Below are positions 36,741 through 46,606 of a DNA stretch of 64,000 nt, piece after piece. The DNA lies in IMG/VR virus record IMGVR_UViG_3300046665_000229, positions 1 to 64,000 of that record, one strand, 5' to 3'. The position numbers and the translations under genes are program-made. The notes beneath the pieces are model-generated. The model had not been told where the DNA came from. It saw only the letters and a list, made by a program, of their open reading frames with translations, and did no database searches. Source of the stretch: a virus. Each line of letters opens with the position of its first letter. Position 1 is the stretch's first letter.

Positions 36741-37175
36741 TCAAGCTTCCTTCTTCGCGATGGGACGGATCACGCCGCCAGCTTCGAGCGTAAGCAGCCA
36801 TTCGCGCAGGTAGGACAGTGCGAGGTCGGTGTCGTTCCATTCGGCAAGCGTGTCGTGAACGAGCGAGACCACTTCGTCATAGCGGCCCGCGTGTGCCAGT
36901 TCGCGAATGGAGAGAAGCGCCTGAAGCGTGTGCGCCGCCTCGTTGGTGCGCTTGACGGCGATCTTCACGAGCAGGTCGCGTTGATAGTTAGCTTCGGCCA
37001 GTTCGTTGAGGTCCTTGTCAACGGCACGGGTCTTGAGCAAGCCGACGACGAGCAAGACGCCGAACAGAACGCCATAGATCAGCGCAGCAATCGGTCGGCC
37101 GTCGAAGAGGGCGTGAATGGTGAAGGACAAGAAGATGCCGGTCATCAAGACGGCGGTGTAGGGCTGCTTAAACAT
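36741..37175 (-). CDS. membrane protein (2-3 TM helices)
   Basis: Hydrophobic N-terminal half. Confidence 0.4.
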   Translation of the reverse strand: MFKQPYTAVLMTGIFLSFTIHALFDGRPIAALIYGVLFGVLLVVGLLKTRAVDKDLNELAEANYQRDLLVKIAVKRTNEAAHTLQALLSIRELAHAGRYDEVVSLVHDTLAEWNDTDLALSYLREWLLTLEAGGVIRPIAKKEA

Positions 37176-37202
37176 TGGTGGTGGCTTTCGGGGCTGTGAT
37201 GA

Positions 37203-37466
37203 TCAGTTGAGCGGGGTGATCTGAAGGGCGGGCGGCAGCTTCTTGCCGATGGCCTTGGCTCCTTCCGGCGTGACGCAGAAGACGCGCATCGAGCCGAAGT
37301 CGAGGGCCGGGTTGTGGAAGAGGAAGCCCTTGTCGGCGGCGCGCTTGGCGATCTGGATGTCATCGCCGTTGGCGTGGACTGACACCCGGTTGCGGCTGAC
37401 CGACTGGCCCCGCTCCATGCCGAGCGCGCGGCGGACGATCAGATTTTCGTTGTGCGTGAGGTTCAT
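37203..37466 (-). CDS. hypothetical protein
   Basis: ORF. Confidence 0.3.
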   Translation of the reverse strand: MNLTHNENLIVRRALGMERGQSVSRNRVSVHANGDDIQIAKRAADKGFLFHNPALDFGSMRVFCVTPEGAKAIGKKLPPALQITPLN

Positions 37467-37477
37467 GGGTGCGGTCC

Positions 37478-37903
37478 TCAGAAGAAGGCGTTCTGGTCGG
37501 CGTGAACGACCGGCGCGGGGTTGGCTTTCGTCCGCTGACCGCGACCGATCTGCTGGACTTCGAGCGCAGGGCTCTTCGTCGCCCTGATCTGCGGAATCTC
37601 GACCGCCTGCTCGCTCGCCCAATGACGCAGGACGTGCGCAGTCATGCCGCTGATGTTCGTGCGGCGATCACCCGTCTTGATGAGGATTTTCTGTTTGACG
37701 AGTTCGGAGACGCGGGGGCGGATTGCCAGCACGGTCTCGTTCATGCGCGTCGCGATCTCGTCAGCGGTCAGGCGATAGCCCTTCTGCATCAGGACGGCGA
37801 TGTTGGTGCGCAGGACTTCGGCCCGGCTGGCGATCTTCTCGGCCGCGTCCTTCGACGCGCCCCCGCCCTTCGAGCCCGGCTTGTTTGGGTATCGGTCAGC
37901 CAT
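37478..37903 (-). CDS. winged-helix (MarR-like) DNA-binding protein, first gene of leftward operon
   Basis: LTADEIATRMNETVLAIRPRVSELVKQKILIKTGDRR. Confidence 0.4.
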   Translation of the reverse strand: MADRYPNKPGSKGGGASKDAAEKIASRAEVLRTNIAVLMQKGYRLTADEIATRMNETVLAIRPRVSELVKQKILIKTGDRRTNISGMTAHVLRHWASEQAVEIPQIRATKSPALEVQQIGRGQRTKANPAPVVHADQNAFF

Positions 37904-38009
37904 AGGCAAAGCTCTCCCGTTCGCCCCGAAGGGCGTTGCTGTGGTCAGCGGTTGGAATGGTGGGGCCTCCCGACCCCGAAGCAGGCGGGCCGACTCGGCT
38001 CGCCCTGCT

Positions 38010-38095
38010 GGATCATTGGATAGTCTTGGATGGCATAGGACGCAAGAACTTTGTGAGGGTCGTCAGCAAACTTTTGTCCTATGGATCATTGGACG
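38010..38095. promoter_or_regulatory. third operator cluster: direct repeats TGGATCATTGGA (38010, 38082) plus ATTGGATAG / TTGGATGG
   Basis: Same TTGGAT half-site as the two clusters flanking the repressor gene. Confidence 0.4.
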
Positions 38096-38139
38096 TTGCG
38101 TTGACGATGCGCCGAAGGCGTGACAGAACTCGCAAATGC

Positions 38140-38330
38140 AGGGTTAGGTTTGGCCGCTAACCGAAGGGGTTTTGAAGTCGAGGTTATGGCCGAAACTAAA
38201 GGACGAAATGGGGTTAGGAGGGTTTAGGTTATATATAGAGAGGTAATAGTAATAATAGATATTATTGGATGATTATTATCGATCATTCTCCTTACCTGAC
38301 TATATGAAACCGAAACCCCCAATACCCAAA
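38140..38330. repeat. GGTTAGG-type iteron repeats followed by a strongly AT-rich ~110-bp island (candidate origin / divergent promoter region)
   Basis: gggttaggtttgg, ggggttaggagggtttaggtta, then tatatatagagaggtaatagtaataatagatattattggatgattattatcgat in a ~63% GC genome. Confidence 0.4.
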
Positions 38331-38373
38331 CAACCCCCTGTTTCTGAAACTATGCAACAGAGGACGATATTGG

Positions 38374-39237
38374 ATGTCGCACAGCCAAAATGAGCTTTGG
38401 TCTCGGATGGTCCGAGACGTGACGATCCCCGACGAGGGGCTGACGCTGGATGCCTTCGCGTCGCTGACCACGATCATGCCGACGCATGCCGAGATGGCGG
38501 CTCGATATCTCCATCGGCGCAAGCTGATCTGGATGTCGGTCCAGCGCGGCCATGCTCGAGTCTATCCGGCCAGCATGTCACCCGGTCGTGGTCGGCCGCT
38601 CGGTGTGCGCCGGATGCAGTCGGCGATGCCGACGCAGGTCGTTGGCCTCATGACTGACATGCTCCCGATCCTGACGAACATCGCGGTCGCCATGTCCAAA
38701 ATGCCGTCGAACTGGCAGGACGATCCCGGTCGCCAAGCCAACATCAGACGGTCGGTGGAAGCCGATGCTGCGACTGTCATGAAGGATGTTCGGCGGTTCA
38801 TTGAGGAACGTGGCTGGCCGGCTGGTCGCATCCGCGATTATCTCTGGATGACCTTCCCTTCGATCATGGCCGTGGTCGTCGAGACCCAGCCTGATCTCGC
38901 GCAGGGTGAAGAGCCGCTGTCGTCGGTCCCGGCGGCCTTGCCCAAGAAGATCCCTGCGAACCTGCCGCCCTATGATCGCGTGCATGCCTACGTCGAGGCA
39001 GCGGGCATCTTCGGGATCGCGGTCTATGAGGTCGCACGGGCCACCAACGGCAAGCTGAAGCGGGAAGAGATCGAAGAGATCGCCGAACGGCTCGAAGACA
39101 TGGGGATGCTTCATCGTGCCGAAGCGAGGACGGCCAATCGTGGCCCCAAGGGGATGCGGCTGTACTCGGCGAAGCACGGCATGCCCCTGATCGGCTCCGA
39201 TGGTCGGCGCATCCCTCCCCTGTCTATGGCTTCCTGA
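38374..39237 (+). CDS. hypothetical protein with two winged-helix-like segments (candidate RepA-like initiator / regulator)
   Basis: Downstream of iteron/AT island; N- and C-terminal wH-like regions. Confidence 0.3.
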   Translation: MSHSQNELWSRMVRDVTIPDEGLTLDAFASLTTIMPTHAEMAARYLHRRKLIWMSVQRGHARVYPASMSPGRGRPLGVRRMQSAMPTQVVGLMTDMLPILTNIAVAMSKMPSNWQDDPGRQANIRRSVEADAATVMKDVRRFIEERGWPAGRIRDYLWMTFPSIMAVVVETQPDLAQGEEPLSSVPAALPKKIPANLPPYDRVHAYVEAAGIFGIAVYEVARATNGKLKREEIEEIAERLEDMGMLHRAEARTANRGPKGMRLYSAKHGMPLIGSDGRRIPPLSMAS

Positions 39238-39239
39238 CA

Positions 39240-39256
39240 GATACCGGAACGGTCTC
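39240..39256 (+). promoter_or_regulatory. late motif copy GATACCGGAACGGTCTC followed by hairpin GCCCGG-tcgtga-CCGGGC before 39290 start
   Basis: Seen directly. Confidence 0.35.
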
Positions 39257-39289
39257 TTTGCCCGGTCGTGAACCGGGCATCGTTCGGGG

Positions 39290-39670
39290 ATGGAAACTCG
39301 CATTGTCGATAACATCCCCGAATGGCGCTATCAGGCCGAGGTAATCTCGCGCCTGCATAAGCTCGAAGACGAAGGTCTGTCCTTCACCTGTGCCGGGGAT
39401 ATGAACCGTGCGAAGCGAGGGCGCCGGGCACAAATGGAAGCGAAGGCCACTGGCCTGACCGCTGGCGAGCCCGACATCCGCGTTTACATGGCCGGTGGCA
39501 TCCTCTTCTCAATCGAATTGAAGACGCCGAACGGTCGCAGGTCCAAGGACCAGATTAAGCGCCACGCTTTGCTGACCAAGCTCGGCTTTGAGATCATCAC
39601 GATTGCAGGTCGCACGCCCGAAGAACTCGCCGACGCCGTCGAGGCATTGGTGCGGAGCCGTCTGCCGTGA
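39290..39670 (+). CDS. VRR-NUC domain nuclease
   Basis: GEPDIRVY...FSIELKTPNGRRSKDQ PD-(D/E)XK core. Confidence 0.65.
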   Translation: METRIVDNIPEWRYQAEVISRLHKLEDEGLSFTCAGDMNRAKRGRRAQMEAKATGLTAGEPDIRVYMAGGILFSIELKTPNGRRSKDQIKRHALLTKLGFEIITIAGRTPEELADAVEALVRSRLP

Positions 39671-40320
39671 GCATGGTCAGTGTCCGCATCTCGCTCTCCC
39701 CCGGATGGGAAAAGCAACTGGCGACGCTCCGCAAGTCCAGCGTGAACGTCGCCACGGCCAAGGCACTGACCTTCACCGCACAGGACGCACGCGATGCGCT
39801 GAAGGTCGAAGCGCCAGGACTGTTCGTTTTGCGCCGGAACTGGATCATCGGTGGCATCCGATACAAGCCAGCATCCGGTGGTCGCCTCAACGCCGTGGTC
39901 GGCTCCATCGACAAGTACATGGAGCGCCACGTCATCGGCGCGAACTCGCACGGCAAGGATGCCGAGAAGAAGATCGTCAGGACGCGACGCGGCAAGAACA
40001 GCAAGCTCGCCACTGGCGGCATCCTGATCAAACCCTACGGATCAATTGGCAGTGCCAAGGTCCACACGGTCAACCGCCGTGCCCTGAAGCGTCAGAAGGG
40101 TCAGAAGCGCAAGCCGTTCCAGATCGAGGCGAGCAACGGGAAGGTCCTGATCGTTCGCCGCAGATCAACCAAGCGACTCCCCCTCCAAGTCCTCGCGGTG
40201 CTGAAGGATCACGTCGATATCACGCCGACGTGGAACTTCTTCGGCACCGTGAAGGGCGTTGTGACCGCGCGCTTCCCCGGTCACTTCATGCGAGCCGCAG
40301 CGAAGGCGTCAAAACGATGA
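39667..40320 (+). CDS. hypothetical basic protein
   Basis: 217 aa ORF with overlapping start. Confidence 0.35.
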   Translation: MSMVSVRISLSPGWEKQLATLRKSSVNVATAKALTFTAQDARDALKVEAPGLFVLRRNWIIGGIRYKPASGGRLNAVVGSIDKYMERHVIGANSHGKDAEKKIVRTRRGKNSKLATGGILIKPYGSIGSAKVHTVNRRALKRQKGQKRKPFQIEASNGKVLIVRRRSTKRLPLQVLAVLKDHVDITPTWNFFGTVKGVVTARFPGHFMRAAAKASKR

Positions 40321-40764
40321 TCGATAATGACGAGGATGACTCCACCCCCCTTCATCGCGAAAATGACTCCACCCCCTCCCCCCCTCCCCCTCGCGGGAAT
40401 CGGACGAGGCGCATGATCATCCTCGCAGCGGCATCGCTCGCGACCATGAGCGCGTTCGACCTGGCTCGCTTGTGCGCGGATGAACTGCACGACGAAGACG
40501 TGGTGATTCAGTATGGCGGCGACCACCTTGACCGATACCCCGACCCCGACTTCGCTTATGAGCCCGAACGACCCCGGCTTGCTGTGGATCAACGCCCCGC
40601 ATTTCTGCGCAGGCGGGGAAGTCGTCGATGGCATCGTGCGAGGTTGCGTCGCTCCGATCATCAGTTACATGCGTGGCTGGCACATCGATCGCGTGCGGGC
40701 TTACTGTCGCAGGAAGAGATGGGACTGGCTGACGTGTGGCGTGGACCCCGAGGGCCACCATTGA
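40317..40764 (+). CDS. hypothetical protein(s); coding frame appears to switch near 40560; contains C5-T-C8-T-C5 tract
   Basis: GC3 bias supports frame 0 up to ~40560 and +1 frame (ORF 40513-40764) afterwards. Confidence 0.25.
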
Positions 40765-41517
40765 CGCGCACACGGGAAAAAAATTTTTGCGAGCGCGTTC
40801 TTCCTCACGGCTACAATCGTCGCCGAACTACCCTTCCGGCAGGTTTGCTCGATAGGTCGTGCCCAATCGCCTGAAAACGGCCCCGACCGTCACCCCGAAG
40901 ACCACAACCGACTTCGCCGACGCCATTCTCGACCGTATCGAAACGCCTAGCGCCATCGCGCAGCGCGCCCCGGCTGACAGCCTTACGGCTTTCGGACAAT
41001 GCGATGCGCCACTTTCCAGAACGCGCATCCACGGGCCTCTAATCGCGACTGACGCGTGATCGCCATACGCGCGCAGAACTACACATTCGCCCCCTTGCGG
41101 TTGCGAACTACGCGCGATGGTGCGGCGTTCTGTCACGCGTTTGTGAATGCGCAAACGGGCCATCGCCTACGCGAAAGCCTTCAACATGGCCGCGCGCACA
41201 CTGCGGACTCGGTCCTGCCATTGCTGATTCCGATACGCGCACGCGTGGCACGGTTCACCCTCACGCCCAATTTCGGCGCGGCAGTCCGTGCCGTCTGTCA
41301 CTTCGTCAGCATAAAGCGCGCTCGCAACGATGATTGCGCGCTTTTGCGTGACCATTAGGCCAACGTGCCACGGATCACCCTTGGCTCTAGTGTCTGGAAT
41401 GTCTGCCGCGTCTAGCGGGGGCCATGCAGCCATTGCGAATCCCTTTCGTTGTGAAGTGTCGGCGCATAGCGAAACGGCCCTAGAAATCGCCTAGGGCCGT
41501 TCTCTATGCGTCGCGCT

Positions 41518-41847
41518 TCATTCGGCGATGCTGCAAATCGTGATCTTGCCCGTCTGATACTTGACCGCGACACGGTCGCCAGTGAAGAACGCGGCAACGG
41601 TTGCGCCAGTGATATCAAGAATCGGTTTTTCGCCTTTGCCCGACACACGGCCCTTTTCCGAGCGTGGCAATTCGTCATGCTCTTTCGCGTCAATGATGGT
41701 CAAAACGAGCGAGCCGTTTTCCTTCCATTGCCTGCGGACAAGCAACCCGACCTTAAAGCCGGCATTCGCGACGCGCGCACCCTCTAGCCATATGCGCGTC
41801 CGTTCGCCTGCTTTGGTCTTACTCAATTTCGATTCGAAACGTTCCAT
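41518..41847 (-). CDS. SymE/AbrB-fold (swapped-hairpin) protein, two tandem repeats
   Basis: RTRIWLEGARVANAGFKVG...GSLVLTII resembles SymE core RLKGKWLEEAGF..G..V.V..G.LVL. Confidence 0.3.
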   Translation of the reverse strand: MERFESKLSKTKAGERTRIWLEGARVANAGFKVGLLVRRQWKENGSLVLTIIDAKEHDELPRSEKGRVSGKGEKPILDITGATVAAFFTGDRVAVKYQTGKITICSIAE

Positions 41848-41934
41848 AGCTTTCGCCCCTTGGATTGATTGCTGACATGGACTCGTCAGTGACGGCGCAA
41901 CCGCCATACGCGCATGAAAGCGCGTTTCGTCCTG

Positions 41935-42195
41935 TTAGTTGGAAAGAACCCTTGCCGCCGCGCCGTTACCGTGCCGCGCGTCGAAAGCTTCGCAGGCGTC
42001 ATCAGTTGGCGACATGCGAAGCGCGACCACGTCGCGAAAATCGATATCGGGCCATCGTTCGTCAATGACCACGCCTAACGGCGGCATGGTCACGACAGAG
42101 TCCTCTTCCGCGTAGCCGGACCAATGCGCGCTATCGGACCCGGCATTGGCGTGGCTGGCGATCAGACACGCGGCGATGATAAGAGCGCGCATCAT
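41935..42195 (-). CDS. small secreted protein
   Basis: Signal peptide MMRALIIAACLIASHANA. Confidence 0.3.
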   Translation of the reverse strand: MMRALIIAACLIASHANAGSDSAHWSGYAEEDSVVTMPPLGVVIDERWPDIDFRDVVALRMSPTDDACEAFDARHGNGAAARVLSN

Positions 42196-42434
42196 GGCGT
42201 GACCTCAATCAACGCAACGTATTCCTGACAATCGGACGCGCCGACGCGGAATTGAGTCGCGTCGTGGTTCTTCATAAATCCCGCGTCTTCACAACTAACG
42301 ATTGATCCCCCTAGCCAACGTGCGAAGCGATCAGCGTTGAAACGGTCGGTAGTTGTCAGGTCGGAAGCATCCCCGTTGACTAGGTAGCTTGCCCAATGAC
42401 TCGGCGCATAGCCGGTTACGGTTTGCCGCGTCAT
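42192..42434 (-). CDS. hypothetical protein
   Basis: 80 aa ORF. Confidence 0.3.
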   Translation of the reverse strand: MTRQTVTGYAPSHWASYLVNGDASDLTTTDRFNADRFARWLGGSIVSCEDAGFMKNHDATQFRVGASDCQEYVALIEVTP

Positions 42435-42934
42435 GATACATAGACCTTTCCGTCCTGATAAAAGACCTCGTTAACTTCCGGGAAGGGATGCGCCATCCCA
42501 CGGCTTGACCATCCGCACACGTCGCCGAGCTTGTCGCCAATGTCGCCGAGTCCACGATCCCAAAAGCCCGTACCGTGTCCGTTGCGCGTGTACCAAAAAT
42601 CGTTGCCGGCTCTTTCGTCGTCATACCCGCCATGCTCATAAGCGGCGGATAACAGGTCAGCATGTACGCGCTGGAACGCTTCGCAGTCCGCAATGATTTT
42701 CGCGAGTGTGTCCGGCTCAAGATCAGAGAAACCAACGTCACCCGGCAGATTGCCATCCGCCTGACCTTCCCGTTGCGCTTCCTGACATTCATCCGATTCC
42801 CATTCATCGGACGTGAAAGCCGGGCTTGTCTCAGTGAAGAACAACGCTTCGATGTAACCACGGGTGAACGCGTCTAAATTGAAGTAGCCAACGCCATTGA
42901 CCGGGCCATCAACTACAATGTGAAATTCTGGCAT
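42431..42934 (-). CDS. acidic hypothetical protein (DNA-mimic/anti-restriction candidate)
   Basis: High Asp/Glu content throughout. Confidence 0.3.
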   Translation of the reverse strand: MPEFHIVVDGPVNGVGYFNLDAFTRGYIEALFFTETSPAFTSDEWESDECQEAQREGQADGNLPGDVGFSDLEPDTLAKIIADCEAFQRVHADLLSAAYEHGGYDDERAGNDFWYTRNGHGTGFWDRGLGDIGDKLGDVCGWSSRGMAHPFPEVNEVFYQDGKVYVS

Positions 42935-43051
42935 TGTGTGAGTCCTTAGAGCGAGCAAGCGACTGCCGCGCAGGCAATCAGAATTGAGATGGAAAGAGCG
43001 ACACCAACTAGCCGCACCAATTGACCGGCATAGATTACGATCATCGGAGCC

Positions 43052-43684
43052 TCAGTAATCGGTTGTGATGAAAAGCACGGCGCAAACGCCATACGGCCGA
43101 AACTCGAAGCCATCGCCATAAGACGACACGCGACCACGCAACCCGCTAATGCCAACCGCAAGCTTTGCAGCGCGCATAATCTGGCGATCAGTAGCCTTTA
43201 CCGGGAGAGTCAGCGTGGCTCGCTTCACCCAATTGTAGTTGGCCTGACCTGCATAGGTGTCCGTATATTCAACGGACATAGTGAAGGTCTCACGCTGTAT
43301 GCTCTTCACAATTCGCGCGTAGTCACCTGACGATTTGTAGAACGTGCCGTGATACGTCTCGCCAGTGATCGCCTTAACAGTGATCGCCACGCGCTTGCCG
43401 CCGAAATTGTCCCGGTATTCGCGGCCGAACGTGACCGTTCCGAGCGTGTCCCCCGTGAACGTGGTTGCAAGCTTCGTCTTTTCGCTGACGTACAGAAAAT
43501 ACTTGGCCGGCTTGTCGCGCATAAACTCGAAGCATTCGAGCGCGCTACGCTCTTCATTTGTCGGCGGATTGATATCAACCGGCAATTCAGACGGATGATA
43601 GCTAGTGCGGTTGCCTAGCCAAGCGTGCAAGGCGGTTTCGCGGTTGCGGATGGCGTCAGCCTGCGATGCGTTGGAAATGATCAT
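43052..43684 (-). CDS. hypothetical protein
   Basis: 210 aa ORF. Confidence 0.35.
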   Translation of the reverse strand: MIISNASQADAIRNRETALHAWLGNRTSYHPSELPVDINPPTNEERSALECFEFMRDKPAKYFLYVSEKTKLATTFTGDTLGTVTFGREYRDNFGGKRVAITVKAITGETYHGTFYKSSGDYARIVKSIQRETFTMSVEYTDTYAGQANYNWVKRATLTLPVKATDRQIMRAAKLAVGISGLRGRVSSYGDGFEFRPYGVCAVLFITTDY

Positions 43685-43696
43685 TGCGCCGCGCTC

Positions 43697-44113
43697 CTAT
43701 TCGCCGAAATAGAAAACGGCGGAATATGCGAGCAAGATCGACTCGACGTTGTCGGAGTTGCCGGGATGCCAGCGCGTCCAGCCTGTAAACCAGTCCTGAT
43801 ATTCAATGAACGCGGACTCTGGCTCGCAATGCTCGCTTAGTTCGCCGCGAATGCGCACCGCAGGCCCGCCAGTGCAAAGCAAGATCGTGTATTCGGCGGG
43901 GGCTTTGTCCGCGTCGCGGCTATGGGGGCTATACCAGCCCGTTCGCACTTCAACGCTAAGCGCGTCCTGTTCAATCGTTTCGCGTGCATCGTCGATTGCG
44001 CGGCAGTCATCCGCCTTGTCCGCCTTCCGTAGAGCGGACACCATTTCCACGATGGAATGAAATTGAGCGATTGCCTGCGATAGTCCGCCATCGTTGCGCG
44101 TGGTGTCTGTCAT
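43697..44113 (-). CDS. hypothetical protein
   Basis: ORF. Confidence 0.35.
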   Translation of the reverse strand: MTDTTRNDGGLSQAIAQFHSIVEMVSALRKADKADDCRAIDDARETIEQDALSVEVRTGWYSPHSRDADKAPAEYTILLCTGGPAVRIRGELSEHCEPESAFIEYQDWFTGWTRWHPGNSDNVESILLAYSAVFYFGE

Positions 44114-44787
44114 GTTCCGTTCCCTTGCCATCCAATGAACTAGCGGGCCATCCGCCGTTAGTCAGTCGATAGCGGATTAAAAACGGAAACGTCAAACGTT
44201 TTATTGGGCGGCATTGGATGGAAGCGTGCAAAGGCGCCGATTTTGCGCGTTGCATCGCGTCCTGGCTCTTCAACGCCCGCAAATCCATTTCATTTCAATG
44301 AGTTAGCAGTCATCCGGCGGGGTTTTGCTCAAAGCCCTATAGAGACACGCAACGGCTTGCTGTCGCGCACTATCCGCACTCAAGTCATTGATATTATTAC
44401 AGAATGAAAGGCTGATGCCGAGCCCGCGCGCTGGACACCACCAACCGGCGGTTGTGTGATCGAGCGTCAGAACGGTATCAAAATACAGCGAAACGTCGTT
44501 CAAGCCGGGTGAAATGGAATATTATTTCAATACCGAGCGTTATCGGAGGTAAAAAGGTACTTTGGGAGGGGTGGGGTATGCGGGTGACGCGCGACTGCAA
44601 AGGTCGGCTAGAGAAAACTTTTAAAAGGGCACTTTTTGTTCCCGGATCGGTTGCATTAAGGGGGTGGTTTAGTACCCCTCAAACGTGCATTTCAGTCGAT
44701 TTCCGGTGAAAAACCGGACTGTCCCGCCATTGGACGGCAAGGGATACCCAAACAGCCTCGAAGAAAACTAATACGGATTTACACCGG

Positions 44788-45393
44788 ATGCTCTCAAGGA
44801 GCTTCCGCATGATCGTTATCGGCATCAAGGGACTGATCGGGTCCGGCAAAACGACCGTTTTCGCCAATCATCTGATCGAACGGCACGGTTTTGTCCGTGG
44901 ACGATGGGCCGGTGCCCTGAAGGACATGCTGCGCGCCCTCCTGCTCTATCGGGGCTGCGACAACCACACCATCGAGCGGATGATCGATGGTGATCTGAAG
45001 GAAACCCCGACCGAATGGCTCGGCGGCAAGTCCCCCCGGCACGCGATGGAAGGTCTTGGCGGTCATTATGGCCGTGACTGGATGGGCAAGGACTTCTGGA
45101 TCGGGGTCGAGACCGACAAGCTGTTCGTCCACAAGCCCGAGCGTGTGGTTTTCGAGGACTGCCGGCATCCGAACGAAGGCGAAGCCATCGATCGCATGGG
45201 AGGGATCGTTGCGGAGATCCTTCGACCTGGCTCTAAGCCCAAGCTTGAGCATCGCACCGAGCGCGAACAGGCCAAGGTCTTCTCGTCTTGGCAGATCATC
45301 AACCGTGAAGGCGAGATCGCGGCGACCGAGCGCCAGATCGACGAACTCGTTGCGCACATGATCGACCGCGAAGGTCGGATGGATGTGCTGTGA
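44788..45393 (+). CDS. P-loop nucleotide kinase (dNMP kinase-like)
   Basis: Walker A GLIGSGKTT near N-terminus, ~200 aa. Confidence 0.45.
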   Translation: MLSRSFRMIVIGIKGLIGSGKTTVFANHLIERHGFVRGRWAGALKDMLRALLLYRGCDNHTIERMIDGDLKETPTEWLGGKSPRHAMEGLGGHYGRDWMGKDFWIGVETDKLFVHKPERVVFEDCRHPNEGEAIDRMGGIVAEILRPGSKPKLEHRTEREQAKVFSSWQIINREGEIAATERQIDELVAHMIDREGRMDVL

Positions 45394-45857
45394 TGCAGGA
45401 ATACGTCGCAGGCTTCATGTTCTGCCGCCACGATCTTGTTCCGTTGGTCCTCAAGCTCAAGCCGATGTTCTTGGCGGGGCTCTTTAACGGCATCGGCGGC
45501 AAGATCGAGCCCGGCGAAGAGACGCCGCTGTTCGCCATGCGCCGCGAGTGGCGCGAAGAGACCGGAAACGATCATCGCGAATGGATTCACGTCGTCTCGA
45601 CGCAGGGCGAAGACGGCGAGGGGTGGCGAACGCACTTCTTCATGGCGCGCGTGGATGAATTGCCGGTCTTCCCGAACCGCAACGATGCCGGCGAGTCGAT
45701 CTGCATCCTTGATGCGCGAAACATCGGGCGTCGAAGCGACATCGTGCCTGATCTGCGCTGGATCATTCCGCTCGCTTTGGACGGCACTCGCATTGTCATG
45801 CCGAACAGCACCGAACTGTACGGCGCGATCCCCGACACGTTCAAGGTCCGGCCCTAA
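45390..45857 (+). CDS. NUDIX hydrolase
   Basis: Nudix box GGKIEPGEETPLFAMRREWREETG. Confidence 0.8.
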   Translation: MMQEYVAGFMFCRHDLVPLVLKLKPMFLAGLFNGIGGKIEPGEETPLFAMRREWREETGNDHREWIHVVSTQGEDGEGWRTHFFMARVDELPVFPNRNDAGESICILDARNIGRRSDIVPDLRWIIPLALDGTRIVMPNSTELYGAIPDTFKVRP

Positions 45858-46399
45858 TGGGCAAGATCGTCAACCGCCAAGAGCTTGCGGAGTTGTTCGG
45901 CTATTCTCTGCCGACGATTTCCGCATGGACCGAAGACGGCATGCCCGCCGAAACGGTCGGAAGTCGCGGCAAGCAGTTTGAGTATGACACCGAGAAGTGC
46001 CTGAAGTGGCTGCTCACGCGCGAGCGTGAAGAGCGCAAGAAGAAAACCGCTTCGCAGATCGGTGAAGACGGCGAGCCGATTAACATCGATCAAGCGCGGC
46101 TTCGCCACGAAGTCGCGAAAGCGAAGACGGCCGAACTCGATCTTGCTCTGAAGATGGGGTTGGTCGCGCCGCGCGACATGATCGCCAAGGTCTTGTCGAA
46201 CGAAATTGCGAATGCACGCGCACGCCTGCTCGCCATCCCCACGAAGTCGCGACCGATCATCCATCTTCATGTCGGCGAGCCCGAGAAGACCAAGAAGGTC
46301 GTGAGCGAGATCGAGCGGCTGGTCCGCGAAGCCCTCATCGAAATCAAGCTGTCGGCGGAAGAGCCGGCACCGAACGTGACTAGCGAAGAAAATGGCTGA
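45857..46399 (+). CDS. terminase small subunit (lambda Nu1-like)
   Basis: N-terminal HTH VNRQELAELFGYSLPTISAWTEDGMP closely resembles Nu1. Confidence 0.8.
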   Translation: MGKIVNRQELAELFGYSLPTISAWTEDGMPAETVGSRGKQFEYDTEKCLKWLLTREREERKKKTASQIGEDGEPINIDQARLRHEVAKAKTAELDLALKMGLVAPRDMIAKVLSNEIANARARLLAIPTKSRPIIHLHVGEPEKTKKVVSEIERLVREALIEIKLSAEEPAPNVTSEENG

Positions 46400-46604
46400 C
46401 GAAGAGTTTGAAGAAGGCGCTGTGAGCGTCATGCGCGTGCCGTCGTGGATGCGCTGGCCTCCCAACTGCTGCGAGTCCTGCACCGGCTGGATCAAGAAGT
46501 CACAGTATGACGGCGTTTGTGGTCGCACCGAGTCTAAGCACTCGGGCGACGCTACTGAGGCACGTCAGCGGTGCTCCGAGTTTCGTCGGAGGGACGGCAT
46601 TTAG
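46392..46604 (+). CDS. small zinc-finger protein
   Basis: 70 aa; CCESCTGW...C. Confidence 0.3.
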   Translation: MADEEFEEGAVSVMRVPSWMRWPPNCCESCTGWIKKSQYDGVCGRTESKHSGDATEARQRCSEFRRRDGI

Positions 46605-46606
46605 CG

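Noticed and set aside
39588-40874. 428-aa plus-strand ORF spanning VRR-NUC and downstream genes
   Set aside because: Runs through several differently framed genes. Its Arg/Pro-rich low-complexity translation indicates an out-of-frame read. Only its 3' part (40317-~40560) looks coding.
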